Origin: an uncultured Candidatus Saccharibacteria bacterium
Lineage (GTDB): Bacteria; Patescibacteriota; Doudnabacteria; UBA920
Direction of reading: 5' to 3'
Assembly (NCBI GenBank): GCA_964520505.1
Contig: CAZFQP010000003.1
Coordinates: 16,738 to 80,737 of the forward strand
Length of the DNA: 64,000 nt
Shown: in pieces, positions 54,613-64,000 of the stretch
How positions within the stretch are numbered: position 1 is the stretch's first letter
Layout: the number at the start of each line of letters is the position of its first letter
The notes under the pieces: generated by a model
What the model saw: only the letters and a program-made list of their open reading frames with translations
Database searches by the model: none
What the model was told of the DNA's origin: nothing
Position numbers and translations under genes: made by a program

Positions 54613-55500
54613 TTATTCTGTTATTAACCGTTTAAATTTTTCAAAATCTTGGCGGCCGTGGACGCGGATGCGCGGAATTTCCATTAGGTTTTCCAAATTA
54701 ACCCGGTTGCCTTCGTGAACCGTAACCCCTAAGTCAAAGCCGCATGCTTTGGCTTGTTTAATATAATTGGCAGTATAGTGGCCGTAGGGATATATTAAAA
54801 TATTTGTGTTAAAACCCAGGTGGTCGCTTATATCTTTTTTCGATTCGCACAAATTCTTGTATATAAACTCATTGGAAAATTTAGGATTTTTGCCATCAAA
54901 ATGGTCTTGGGTGTGGGAAACTATCTCGTTGCCAGCGTCATAAGCCTTGGCAATTTCATTCCACGAAGCGTAAAAATTGTCGCCGTTTTGAGTACCGGGA
55001 AATTGAGTAATAATCGCAAAGCTTCCGCTAAATCCGTTTTGCTTTAGAATTGGCGCAGCGTATAAAAAGACATTTTCATAGCCGTCATCAAAAGTAAAAA
55101 TAACTGGATTTTTTGGCATAGTAAATTTACCGGCGGCAAAATCCCGCAAGTCAGACAGGTGGATGCTGGTATAGCCGTTATCTTTAAGCCACTTAACCTG
55201 GGTGGTAAATTCTTCTACGGACACGGTTAAATCACGCCTTAGATCTGTAGGTTTTTCAGGTAAGGGACCTATGTGGTGATACATTAATATGGGCAATTTT
55301 ATGCTGCGACCAACCGGCGCCTTTGGCAGGGCCTCGGTGTCTTTATTGGTAATTAGCCGGGCATAAGCGGTGTCCCCTGTTTTATCGCTCTCAATTTTTT
55401 TTAAGGTTTGCCAGTTGTTATAAAATCGAAAAACCATCGCGGACAATAAAATCACGACAACAGTAACGGCGAGAGAAAAGTTTTTATTCTTTTTAGTCAT
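54613..55500 (-). CDS. polysaccharide deacetylase (NodB-homology, PgdA/CDA1 family), membrane-anchored
   Basis: TFDDGY motif 1 and histidine motifs of NodB domain; N-terminal TM. Confidence 0.8.
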   Translation of the reverse strand: MTKKNKNFSLAVTVVVILLSAMVFRFYNNWQTLKKIESDKTGDTAYARLITNKDTEALPKAPVGRSIKLPILMYHHIGPLPEKPTDLRRDLTVSVEEFTTQVKWLKDNGYTSIHLSDLRDFAAGKFTMPKNPVIFTFDDGYENVFLYAAPILKQNGFSGSFAIITQFPGTQNGDNFYASWNEIAKAYDAGNEIVSHTQDHFDGKNPKFSNEFIYKNLCESKKDISDHLGFNTNILIYPYGHYTANYIKQAKACGFDLGVTVHEGNRVNLENLMEIPRIRVHGRQDFEKFKRLITE

Positions 55501-55567
55501 AGCATAAATTGATTATATCAAAGAAAAACCCTTCCGCCTAAATGGCGGAAGGGTTTTAAAAACAAAA

Positions 55568-56260
55568 TTATTTTTTTTCTTCGGCTTTTGCTTCAGTTTT
55601 GCCCGGCTTGGCATCTGTAGCGGCGGCAGCCGGTTTGTCTTCGGCGGCGCCTTCAACTTTGCTAACATCTTCCACAACCGGAGCGGCTAATTCAGCCTCA
55701 ACGTCGCGAGGAGGCTGAACTTTAACAATCAGCTCTTCGGCCGGAGTAATAATTTTTACTTTAGCCGTAGCCGGTAAATCTTTAATGTGGATTGTATTTT
55801 GTAAAGTTTTTAAGACAGACAAATCAACAGTAATGCTGTGTGGCAAGTCTGCCGGCAAACATTCTACTTCTACTTCGTTTAAAACCTTGACCAAAACACC
55901 GCCAAGAGTTTTTACCGCAGGCGCTTCGCCAATAAATTCCAAAGCTACAGCGGCTTTGAGTTTTTCGGTTAAGCTGACTTCGTAGAAATCTACGTGTGTC
56001 GGGGCGGTGGTTAAATAATGATGTTGAACATCATGAATTAGCACCGGGTGAGTTTTGCCGTCTTCGGTTTGAAGTTCAACAATGGTGCTTTCACCGGCTT
56101 TCTTTAAAATTTTATCAAACTCTCTGGCATCAACTGTTAGGCTAACATTCTGCACTTTGTGTCCGTAAAGCACGGCCGGCAGTTTGCCAATTCTTCTTAA
56201 TTTTTCCGGCTTAGTGGTTTTTAAGTCACGAATCGCCGCTTTTAACTGAAGCTTGTCCAT
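55568..56260 (-). CDS. rplY: 50S ribosomal protein L25 / general stress protein Ctc (long form)
   Basis: N-terminal L25 domain (RRIGKLPAVLYGH) plus Ctc-type C-terminal Ala/Lys/Glu-rich extension; start set at MDKLQL. Confidence 0.85.
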   Translation of the reverse strand: MDKLQLKAAIRDLKTTKPEKLRRIGKLPAVLYGHKVQNVSLTVDAREFDKILKKAGESTIVELQTEDGKTHPVLIHDVQHHYLTTAPTHVDFYEVSLTEKLKAAVALEFIGEAPAVKTLGGVLVKVLNEVEVECLPADLPHSITVDLSVLKTLQNTIHIKDLPATAKVKIITPAEELIVKVQPPRDVEAELAAPVVEDVSKVEGAAEDKPAAAATDAKPGKTEAKAEEKK

Positions 56261-56454
56261 ATTGTTCCTTGTTGATTTCCCCATCTCCTTCGTCCGCCGA
56301 AGGCGGATCGGGATACTCAGAAATCTTAATGTTCAAACATTATAACAAAAACCCTAGTTTTTGGCAAGAGAAGAATTTTCACTAATGCCTTTAATTACCA
56401 ACAAAAAAAGACCTATTGATAATTAATAGGTCTTTGTATATTTATAAAAAGGGC

Positions 56455-56847
56455 TTATTTTTTTGCTACCAGTTCGGAAATAAAGTCGCCTTTAAAGGTT
56501 TTTAGGGCTTGGTGCAGGCCGATAATTTCGTTAACGTGAATCGGTCCGAGTTTTTTAAATTTGTTGCTGTCTTTGCCGGTTAGGTCGGTAACCATTCCAA
56601 CGGAAAAAACTTCCGGGCCGCGAATCTCGACGTTAAACATAACCGAACTTTTGCATTTGGCGCAATCGGAATGTATAAGTATGCGGGCTTCCGCGCCAAA
56701 TTCATTTTGTTCGCTGTCTATTACCTGGGTTTTTTCCAAATTATATTTGGCACCGCAAATCGGGCATTTCAAAAACACGCCCAGCCATTCAATAATCTTT
56801 TTAAAGTCATAATTTTTTCCGCCCTGAGGCGATTGTGGAATTTTCAT
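56455..56847 (-). CDS. hypothetical zinc-ribbon protein
   Basis: CPICG...CAKC four-Cys pattern; otherwise unknown. Confidence 0.4.
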   Translation of the reverse strand: MKIPQSPQGGKNYDFKKIIEWLGVFLKCPICGAKYNLEKTQVIDSEQNEFGAEARILIHSDCAKCKSSVMFNVEIRGPEVFSVGMVTDLTGKDSNKFKKLGPIHVNEIIGLHQALKTFKGDFISELVAKK

Positions 56848-56872
56848 GTAATACTATTTTATCAGATGTAGC

Positions 56873-57973
56873 TTAAAACCGCAAAGCCTTGGATTGGATG
56901 GCAATATTTTGCACAATCCCTAAAGCCATTAAGCTGACAATGAGTGAGCTGCCCCCGGCGCTAACAAACGGCAAAGGTATGCCGGTTACCGGTAGCAGGC
57001 CAATGTTCATACCAACATTAATAACCACGTGGAAAAGGATTAAAAACATTACCCCGCCGGCAATATACATACCTAGGTCGTCCTTGGCTTGGCTCATAAT
57101 TTTTTGAATGCGGAAAAATAAAAAGAAATACAAGCCAAGCAGGCTAAAGGAGCCTAAAAAGCCGATCTCTTCGCCGCTGGCTGCAAAAATAAAGTCGGTC
57201 TGCCGTTCAGGTAAAAATTTATGCTGACTTTGCACGCCCTTGCCCAAGCCCCGTCCGGTAAGCTGACCGCTGCCGACGGCAATGGTCGCCTGCTTAACAT
57301 TGTAGCCGCGGCCCCTTGGGTCAAGTTCGGGGTTAATAAAAACTAAAATACGGTCTTTTTGAAAATCTTTTAAGAAAAATTTCCAGCTGATGCCGGAAGC
57401 CAAAACAAAAATTAAAAATAGCGCGGCCAAATATTTTTTCTTTATCGGACTTAAAATAATTATTCCCAGCCACATACTTAAAATAATTATAGCCGAACCT
57501 AAGTCCGGTTCCAGTATTACCAAACCGGCCGGCACTGCGGCATAAGCCAAAGACCAGAGCATGGTACTAAAAGAGTTAATCTCCCCTCTTTTTAAATAAA
57601 TTAATCTTGCCAGGCCTAAAATAACCACCAATTTTACAAATTCCGCCGGTTGAAACCTAAAAAACCCCAAGTCTATCCAGCGTTTTCCGCCGCGGATAAT
57701 TGAGCCGAAAATTTCCAAATAAAGTAGCAAAAAAATGAACACTACATAAACTACGCGGTTGGTTTTTGCCAGCGTGTGGTAGTCAAAAAAGCTTAAAAAT
57801 AAAAAAGCTCCCAGTCCGGCGGCGAAGAAAAACAATTGCCGATAGAAAATAGATTTGCTTTCTTCCGAAAGGCTGGTGCTGTATAAGATGGCTAAACCCG
57901 CTAGTCCTAGCAGTAAAGTCGCTGCGAACAGTGGGATATCAAAATATTTAAAACGGTTGAAAAATCTGAACAT
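56873..57973 (-). CDS. SEDS-family peptidoglycan glycosyltransferase (RodA/FtsW)
   Basis: 10-TM protein with conserved SEDS loop GSGQLTGRGLGKG...QTDFIFAASGEEIGFLGS. Confidence 0.88.
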   Translation of the reverse strand: MFRFFNRFKYFDIPLFAATLLLGLAGLAILYSTSLSEESKSIFYRQLFFFAAGLGAFLFLSFFDYHTLAKTNRVVYVVFIFLLLYLEIFGSIIRGGKRWIDLGFFRFQPAEFVKLVVILGLARLIYLKRGEINSFSTMLWSLAYAAVPAGLVILEPDLGSAIIILSMWLGIIILSPIKKKYLAALFLIFVLASGISWKFFLKDFQKDRILVFINPELDPRGRGYNVKQATIAVGSGQLTGRGLGKGVQSQHKFLPERQTDFIFAASGEEIGFLGSFSLLGLYFFLFFRIQKIMSQAKDDLGMYIAGGVMFLILFHVVINVGMNIGLLPVTGIPLPFVSAGGSSLIVSLMALGIVQNIAIQSKALRF

Positions 57974-58018
57974 GAAAGGTCTTTTAATTCTGGAGTGGGT
58001 AGATGTGGGTTTTTGTAG

Positions 58019-58885
58019 TTACTTTGGACGGCCAAGATCCGACGAGCTGCCCGTGGGCTGGTTTATGACGGTAATGTTGTTTGGATCCAAAGTGTTTGTG
58101 TCGGTTAAAATTTCTACATGATTTAAGCTGGAAGCAGCAACCCCCGGCCAGAGTTGTTTATAAGCGCGGCGTTCAAAAGGTTTTAAGGTAAACTCGTCTC
58201 GCTGGCTTATACCGATAATTTTATTTTCGCCATCGTAAAGTAAAAAGGTTAAGCGAACTTTTCCCAACTGATACGGGCTTTGGTTGGTAAATTCCCCTTC
58301 CACCACAAAAGCTGAAGGATTTGTTTGCTGATAAGTTTGCGGAACAGTGGTTGGTAATTTGACTTGGGGAATTTGTAGGCGTTTTTGCCAGACGATTTTG
58401 TCGTCAATTTGCAGGTCGGTGTAAGCCACCGGCTGGTTGGCGGTAAAACGCGGAACTGTTAAATACTTGGTTTGGTTGGGAAGGATATAAAAAGTATCGT
58501 CGGGAGAGGTAAACACTGCTTCTTTGGCTGAGTTATAAAAAACAAACCGATATGAAATGTTGCTGGCCGAAAGGTCTAAATTTTGATTGCTAATTTTAGC
58601 TGTGGCGGCATAAATATTTTCTCCCATAGTACTTACGCTGACTTTGGAGGCAACTAAGGGTTTAGGGTCGGTAAAACTGGGTTTGGCCATTACCGCTCCG
58701 GCCGCGTATTTTTTGGCCCAGATTTTTTGTGAGATGTTTTTGGTGACGAAATAGGTAGGAATAATAGCCAGAGCCGAAATAATAAAAAACCATTTGAAAA
58801 AAGGCGGCAGGGTGCTTAAAACAATTTGGGTATTAAGCTCGGCTTCTTCCAAACCAATTTCCACTCGTTCTTTAAAAAAGGACAT
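58019..58885 (-). CDS. hypothetical membrane-anchored protein
   Basis: N-terminal TM then ~250-aa beta-rich extracytoplasmic region; no motif. Confidence 0.45.
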   Translation of the reverse strand: MSFFKERVEIGLEEAELNTQIVLSTLPPFFKWFFIISALAIIPTYFVTKNISQKIWAKKYAAGAVMAKPSFTDPKPLVASKVSVSTMGENIYAATAKISNQNLDLSASNISYRFVFYNSAKEAVFTSPDDTFYILPNQTKYLTVPRFTANQPVAYTDLQIDDKIVWQKRLQIPQVKLPTTVPQTYQQTNPSAFVVEGEFTNQSPYQLGKVRLTFLLYDGENKIIGISQRDEFTLKPFERRAYKQLWPGVAASSLNHVEILTDTNTLDPNNITVINQPTGSSSDLGRPK

Positions 58886-59036
58886 ATTTTTTGTTTTTTA
58901 AGTAAATCTATTATAGCAAAACTTGGCGATTTTTGGTAATATAAAGGATGTGAATCATTAATCCTTTATCAATTTATCCTTTACCAAACTGCAAACACAA
59001 CAAGTTAAGGATAAAAGATTAAAGTTCAAGGATATA

Positions 59037-62000
59037 ATGCGTTTTACGCATTTACATTGCCATAGCCACTATTCTCTACTGGACGGATTGTCTAAAATCG
59101 ACCCGTTAGTTGAGCGTGTCAAAGAGCTGGGAATGGATTCCTTGGCTCTTACCGACCATGGCGTAATGTATGGTGCGGTGGAATTTTATAATAAGTGCAA
59201 GGATTTAAAAATAAAACCGATTATCGGACTGGAAGCTTATATTGCCCCACGCGGGATGGAAGACAAAGATGGCCGCAGCGATGCCGATTACTTTCATTTA
59301 ACCCTGCTCGCGCAAAATGAAATCGGTTACAAAAATTTAATCCAGCTTACTACGGCCGGGCACTTACAGGGATTTTATTATAAGCCGCGGGTGGATTTGG
59401 AATTTTTAGCCGGGCATGCCGAAGGGTTAATATGTTTGTCCGGTTGTATGCGCGGTGAAATTGCCCGCGCGGTTATGAATAAATCGGAGCAGGAAGCTCA
59501 AAATGTTTTGGAAAAGTATCTGACAATTTTTTCCTCCAGCCGACTATTTATTGAGATTCAACGCAATAGCCGGAACTCGGATCCCAAAGAAGAAGAGTTA
59601 AACAATAAACTCATTGCCCTGGCGAAAAAAAATAGTTTACCTCTGGTTGCCACGGCCGACTGCCACTATATATATCCCGAAGATGTTGAGGCGCAGGATG
59701 TGATGGTTTGTATTGGCACCGGCCGCACGGTTGGCGATACCGACCGTTTGGATATGCGCGCATACGATTTGTCTTTAAAGTCCCCGGAGAAAATGGAAGA
59801 GTTGTTTTACGACTTGCCGGAAGCCTTGGCTAACACCCAAAAAATTGCCGAGATGTGCGAGCTGGAAATAAAAACCGATCAACGTTATTTTCCGCAAGTG
59901 GAAATTCCGGAAGGCCTGACCACGGAAGAATATATAAAAAAAATCACTTATGAAAAAGCTTTGCCGCTTTATGGCCAAGGCGGCCCCGACGGCGAAAAAA
60001 TTATTTCCGAAGAGATTAAGCAACGAATAGATTACGAATTAAATATTATTTGCAAAAAGGGTTTTGATACTTATTTTTTAATGGTGGCCGACGTCGTGGA
60101 AGGCGCACACAGTATTGGGGCAATTACCAACACCAGAGGTTCTGCGGCCGGCAGCATAGTCGGACGGATTTTGGGAATTACTAATGTCGACCCGCTTTAT
60201 TACGAATTGCCCTTTGAGCGTTTTTTAACAATGCATCGCCCTACCCCGCCGGATATCGATTTAGACATTGCCGACAATCGCCGGGACGAAGCGATTGAAT
60301 ATATAACCAGAAAATACGGTAAGGAAAAAGTCGCGCAAATTATAACTTTTGGAACAATGATGGCGCGCGCCGCGGTGCGTGATGTCGGCCGAGCTTTGGG
60401 CGTGGCTTATTCCAAATGCGACCAGATTGCCAAAATGATCCCTTTGGGCAAGCAAGGTTTTCATATGACTTTAGACAAAGCTATTGAAATGAATGCCGAG
60501 CTAAAGGAAATTGTGCAGCACGATCCGGAAACCAACAGAATTTTAACCATAGCCAAAAAACTTGAAGGCTGCGCCCGCCACGCTTCCGTGCACGCGGCCG
60601 GCATTGTTATTACCCCGACCGACTTGACCGATTACACCCCTTTGCAAAAAGAACCGGACGGCGAAAGAATTATTACCCAGTATGATATGTATTCGCTGGA
60701 CGTTAACGCGTCGTCTCACGCTATTGGTGTGGTTAAGTTGGATTTGCTTGGGATTCGCAACTTATCTATTTTGGAAGACGCGGTGAACATTGTGCAAAAG
60801 CGGCACAATATTGCCATTGATATTTACAATCTCCCCCACCCTGACCCTAAGACTTTTAAGTTGTTGTCCGAAGGTTTAACCTTTGGCGTGTTTCAGCTTG
60901 GGTCTTCCGGTATGACCAGGCACTTAAAAGAACTTCAGCCGTCCAGTATTTTTGACATTATGGCTATGATAGCTTTGTACCGCCCGGGCCCGATGCAATT
61001 TATAGAAGATTATATTAAGCGCAAGCACAATCCGTCATTAATTAGTTATTTTGATCCGGCGTTTGAAAAAATCCTGCGGCGCACATATGGGATTTTGGTT
61101 TATCAGGATGATTTGCTGACCATCGCTCACGACTTAGCCGGGTATTCCTGGGAAGAAGTAGACAAGTTCCGCAAAGCGGTCGGTAAAAAAATTCCGGAAG
61201 AAATGGCCAAACAGAAAATTAAATTTATTCAGGGCTGTCAGGAAACTTCCAAATGGAGCCACCAGAAAGCGGAAAGCGTTTGGGCGTGGATAGAACCGTT
61301 TGCCGCTTATGGATTTAACAAGGCGCACTCGGCTTCCTATTCCGTTGTCTCTTATCAGACCGCCTATATGAAAGCTAACTACCCGGTGGAATTTATGGCC
61401 GCGCTTATGACCGCGGAATCCGGCGATGAAGATAAAATTTATGAAGCGGTGGAAGACTGCAAGGCTTTGGGAATAGAAGTGCTGCCGCCGGATGTGAACG
61501 AATCGCTGGGTGATTTTACTGTGGTCAATGAAAAAACTATCCGTTTTGGATTTAATGCCATAAAAAATTTGGGCAGCGACGTGATTGCCAAAATAATTGA
61601 AGCTCGGGAAACCGCATCGACAGATCCAAATTTTGGTTCGGAAACTCCTTCTGGTGATTTCCGGTCCTTGGAAGATTTTTTAACCCGCGCCTATACAAAA
61701 AATTTCAACAAGCGATCCTGGGAAGCCTTGGTTAAGGCCGGCGCTTTGGACAAGTTTGGCGAGCGCGGCCAGCTGCTGGCTAACACCGAAGAGGTTTTGC
61801 TGTTTGTACGCGAATCATTCCGTGACGAAAATAGTAAACAGAGTTCCCTATTTGGCAGCGGTTTGAAGGTCGGCCGGCTTACCCTAAAGCCCGCCCCCGT
61901 TTCCACTAAAGAAGAACGTTTGCTGTGGGAAAAAGAGCACTTGGGTATGTATGTATCGGCGCATCCTTTAGATGTCCATCGTAAAGTTTTGGGGAATATG

Positions 62001-62546
62001 AGAAGCGTAAAAAGTTTAAGCCTGGACGAGCTTGGCGCGAATGTGGTGATGGGCGGAATTATTTCCCGGCTTAAGCGTACTATGACAAAGAAAAATGACC
62101 CGATGGCCTTTTTTACTTTGTCCGACATTACCGGAAGCGTGGAAGTGTTGGTGTTTCCTAAAGTGATGGAAAAAGCTTTGCCGTTTTTGGCGGACGATAA
62201 AATTGTCCAGGTTTCAGGCAGGCTTTCCGACAAAGATGAAGAATTTAAACTAATTGCCGACAGTATTACTGAACTGCCAAACGACGAGCTGTATGGTATG
62301 GCATTAACCGAAATGGAAAAAAACAAGCAGGTGGTGCTGCATATGGCCAGTTTGGCCGGAGCACCCGCTCTAAATAAAATTAAAAGCGTTTTGGAAAAGC
62401 ATCCGGGAAATGTTCAAGTCTTTTTGTCGGTTGGCACGGGAGCTAACGCCAAAAAAATAAAAACTCAAACGCAAGTGGGAATGAGCAATGAACTGATGGC
62501 CGAATTACACAGCATTGGCGAGATTGTGATGATAGATGTTAACTAA
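59037..62546 (+). CDS. dnaE: DNA polymerase III alpha subunit (DnaE type)
   Basis: N-terminal PHP domain HLHCHSHYSLLDG, palm/fingers catalytic core and OB-fold C-terminus; 1169 aa, no intein. Confidence 0.95.
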   Translation: MRFTHLHCHSHYSLLDGLSKIDPLVERVKELGMDSLALTDHGVMYGAVEFYNKCKDLKIKPIIGLEAYIAPRGMEDKDGRSDADYFHLTLLAQNEIGYKNLIQLTTAGHLQGFYYKPRVDLEFLAGHAEGLICLSGCMRGEIARAVMNKSEQEAQNVLEKYLTIFSSSRLFIEIQRNSRNSDPKEEELNNKLIALAKKNSLPLVATADCHYIYPEDVEAQDVMVCIGTGRTVGDTDRLDMRAYDLSLKSPEKMEELFYDLPEALANTQKIAEMCELEIKTDQRYFPQVEIPEGLTTEEYIKKITYEKALPLYGQGGPDGEKIISEEIKQRIDYELNIICKKGFDTYFLMVADVVEGAHSIGAITNTRGSAAGSIVGRILGITNVDPLYYELPFERFLTMHRPTPPDIDLDIADNRRDEAIEYITRKYGKEKVAQIITFGTMMARAAVRDVGRALGVAYSKCDQIAKMIPLGKQGFHMTLDKAIEMNAELKEIVQHDPETNRILTIAKKLEGCARHASVHAAGIVITPTDLTDYTPLQKEPDGERIITQYDMYSLDVNASSHAIGVVKLDLLGIRNLSILEDAVNIVQKRHNIAIDIYNLPHPDPKTFKLLSEGLTFGVFQLGSSGMTRHLKELQPSSIFDIMAMIALYRPGPMQFIEDYIKRKHNPSLISYFDPAFEKILRRTYGILVYQDDLLTIAHDLAGYSWEEVDKFRKAVGKKIPEEMAKQKIKFIQGCQETSKWSHQKAESVWAWIEPFAAYGFNKAHSASYSVVSYQTAYMKANYPVEFMAALMTAESGDEDKIYEAVEDCKALGIEVLPPDVNESLGDFTVVNEKTIRFGFNAIKNLGSDVIAKIIEARETASTDPNFGSETPSGDFRSLEDFLTRAYTKNFNKRSWEALVKAGALDKFGERGQLLANTEEVLLFVRESFRDENSKQSSLFGSGLKVGRLTLKPAPVSTKEERLLWEKEHLGMYVSAHPLDVHRKVLGNMRSVKSLSLDELGANVVMGGIISRLKRTMTKKNDPMAFFTLSDITGSVEVLVFPKVMEKALPFLADDKIVQVSGRLSDKDEEFKLIADSITELPNDELYGMALTEMEKNKQVVLHMASLAGAPALNKIKSVLEKHPGNVQVFLSVGTGANAKKIKTQTQVGMSNELMAELHSIGEIVMIDVN

Positions 62547-62656
62547 CCGCGGATACGCGGATAAAATTCAGATAACACAGATTAACGTCCCGTGGTATTT
62601 TGCTGGGTCAAATGCATCCGAGGATAAAGAACCGGTAGTGTTTAGTTTTTAAAGTC

Positions 62657-62760
62657 TTGTTCATAAAACTCACAAATGTGAGAGTTATGAACAAGAAAGT
62701 TTTGTAGAAATGATTGCGCCGCGGTCTGAGTTTGAACTCAGACCGCGGCGTTGTTTTAGT
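62657..62760 (+). terminator. Two tandem hairpins after dnaE: nested palindrome CTTGTTCATAAAACTCACAAATGTGAGAGTTATGAACAAG and a strong terminator CGCCGCGGTCTGAGTTTGAACTCAGACCGCGGCG + T-run
   Basis: Perfect 11-bp and 14-bp stems. Confidence 0.75.
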
Positions 62761-62872
62761 TTCCTGACCTGCCCCACTTGCGGCCTTTGCGGCCGTTAGC
62801 GATGGAGCATATTGCGACTGCCAGCCCTCCTAGGAGGGAAAGAGCAATCATTAGGATGGTTGTCTTGTTCAT
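62756..62872 (-). CDS. possible 38-aa hydrophobic peptide (MNKTTILMIALSLLGGLAVAICSIANGRKGRKWGRSGN)
   Basis: Short ORF directly downstream of the 76-aa membrane protein gene on the minus strand; GC-rich; below track cutoff. Confidence 0.3.
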   Translation of the reverse strand: MNKTTILMIALSLLGGLAVAICSIANGRKGRKWGRSGN

Positions 62873-62895
62873 CACACCCCCAGGAGGTATACGCG

Positions 62896-63126
62896 CTACA
62901 GGCCGAAAGTGCTACCCAGGGGCAGCTCCTTCTTTTCCTTGTTCTCGGCGCGGCTCTCTACGATATGAGTTATCAGGAGCGTGATGCCGCCAACGGCAGC
63001 CGTTACACCCATAGGAACCAGCCAGTCGGACAGATGCAGGTTCATCAAATCCTGGAAGGCGATGATGCAAAGGCCGAGAAGGCCGACAACAATCATCATC
63101 CAGCCAATAATCTTCCAAATAATCAT
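62896..63126 (-). CDS. small 2-TM membrane protein (76 aa), GC-rich gene with SD AAGGAG
   Basis: Hydrophobic helices; overlapping plus-strand track ORFs translate to Arg/Pro-rich nonsense. Confidence 0.45.
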   Translation of the reverse strand: MIIWKIIGWMMIVVGLLGLCIIAFQDLMNLHLSDWLVPMGVTAAVGGITLLITHIVESRAENKEKKELPLGSTFGL

Positions 63127-63235
63127 AACAGAACTCCTTACGTGGGATTTCGGACTTTGCAGGAAAGCGAAAAGACATTCGCCCTCCTTAATCTATCGCG
63201 ATTAAAATAGCACTGGGGCGCTAATTTGTCAAAGG

Positions 63236-63290
63236 TAAAAAAATGCCAGCGCAAGGCCCCTCCGAGGAAGGGTCTTGCACTGGCAAGGAG
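63236..63290 (-). terminator. Minus-strand Rho-independent terminator GCCAGTGCAAG...CTTGCGCTGGC + 7 Ts, followed by promoter TTGACA-17-TATTTT for the small-membrane-protein genes
   Basis: Read on the minus strand; 11-bp stem then U-run. Confidence 0.55.
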
Positions 63291-63783
63291 TAGCGTGACC
63301 AACACTACTTGAAATGTCCCCCTTAAAATAACTAGTAATTATACTCCTTTTTTAGATGATTGTCAACCGTCGGTAAATAATTAACTCATAAATAAGCCAA
63401 AATAATTGTGGAAAAGTGGTATTGCCAAAGGATTAGGCTTGTATTATAATTTATTTAGTTCTTCAAGCGCTGAACTGGCATACCAAGTCAGGGAGCTTGA
63501 AACAATTGAATCAATAAATCTAAAACTGGTTCTAGAGACTGTTTTTAGATTAAAAGTCCGGTCTTTTGGTAAAAGGCCGGAAAACTGGGACGGAAACGTC
63601 TTGGAAAAAACCAAGGCCCCGGGATTTACTTATTATTTTTTATAATAAGTGGATCTCGGGGTTTTGTTATTAGCAATCCGAATTTACGAATGCATCCGAA
63701 TTCTCCGAATGTCAGAATTAGGGTCATTCGGATAAAATTCGTTGTATTCGGATTAAGAATTTAATATTAATAGAGCAACACTA

Positions 63784-64000
63784 TGAATGAGATTGATAAA
63801 CTACATAACATCCGCCATTCTTTGGCGCACTTGCTGGCTTCGGCTGTTTTGGAAATGTTTCCTAAAGCTCAGTTAGGCGTGGGGCCGGTAATTGAAAACG
63901 GATTCTTTTATGATTTCCTGCTCCCCCGCCCCCTGACGCCGGAAGATTTGTCCAAGCTGGAAAAAAGAATGCGCACGCTGGCGCAATCTAAATTACCGTT
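63784..64000 (+). CDS. thrS: threonyl-tRNA synthetase (5' partial, runs off window), begins with the editing/second additional domain without a TGS domain
   Basis: [36 protein letters not shown] matches the ThrRS N2 domain HxxxH region. Confidence 0.7.

Noticed and set aside
62778-63210. Plus-strand ORFs 62778-62984, 62812-63210, 62981-63205 and minus ORF 62912-63178
   Set aside because: These are alternative frames of a GC-rich segment and translate to Arg/Pro-rich sequences. The minus-strand 76-aa two-TM frame with an SD is the plausible gene.
63406-63645. ORF 63406-63645 (+) as a gene
   Set aside because: No motif. It overlaps the minus-strand terminator/promoter region and the palindromic element upstream of thrS. 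Likely spurious.
1-64000. CRISPR array, cas genes, integrase, transposase or prophage structural genes
   Set aside because: No array of regularly spaced direct repeats and no recognisable integrase/transposase/capsid/terminase motifs were seen. Mobile-looking features here are ORF-less (MITE-like, palindromic elements) or lack recombinases (tRNA-Trp islet).

Overview
This 64-kb window comes from a moderately AT-rich bacterial chromosome, about 40% GC by eye. The gene content resembles Patescibacteria/CPR: small genes, a type IV pilin, many small membrane or secreted hypotheticals, and a DnaE-type replicase. Both RF1 and RF2 are present, so UGA reads as stop (code 11). Most of the window is housekeeping. 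There is a compact dTTP-synthesis cluster (dCMP deaminase, two paralogous P-loop kinases, dut, tmk, thyA, folA). Other recognisable genes are prfB, ftsE/ftsX, rplI, pyrG, rpmA, an IscS-like cysteine desulfurase, an M23 peptidase, gltX, a WecB/TagA-NUDIX fusion, def/fmt, mltG, hup, queA, rarA, an alkylation-repair enzyme, a pilin, an ABC exporter, an ArsR-family regulator next to a CaCA antiporter, rpmG, ahcY, truB, tsf-rpsB, rpmE-prfA-prmC, rplY, rodA/ftsW, dnaE and the start of thrS. RNA genes are tRNA-Trp, two tRNA-Thr, a degenerate tRNA-Thr-like duplicate, and a tRNA-Tyr that appears to be interrupted by a ~209-nt group I intron. Accessory content is as follows. A ~1.4-kb AT-rich islet sits next to tRNA-Trp, bounded by ~45-bp imperfect direct repeats; it carries a three-gene operon (small 3-TM protein, 139-aa protein, 194-aa protein with an Rx5H HEPN-like motif) and is the best candidate here for an undescribed defence/toxin-like module. 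A ~550-nt GC-rich structured RNA with its own consensus promoter ends in a terminator just upstream of the cysteine desulfurase gene. Two families of nested-palindrome repeat elements sit directly upstream of start codons. A ~426-bp MITE-like element has 13-bp terminal inverted repeats. A GxxExxY-nuclease cassette is inserted between ftsE and ftsX. Two DEDDh-exonuclease paralogs (one catalytically degenerate) are inserted between def and fmt. Several small GC-rich genes stand out compositionally. No CRISPR array, integrase or transposase gene was seen. Coordinates of small features are good to about +/-2 nt.
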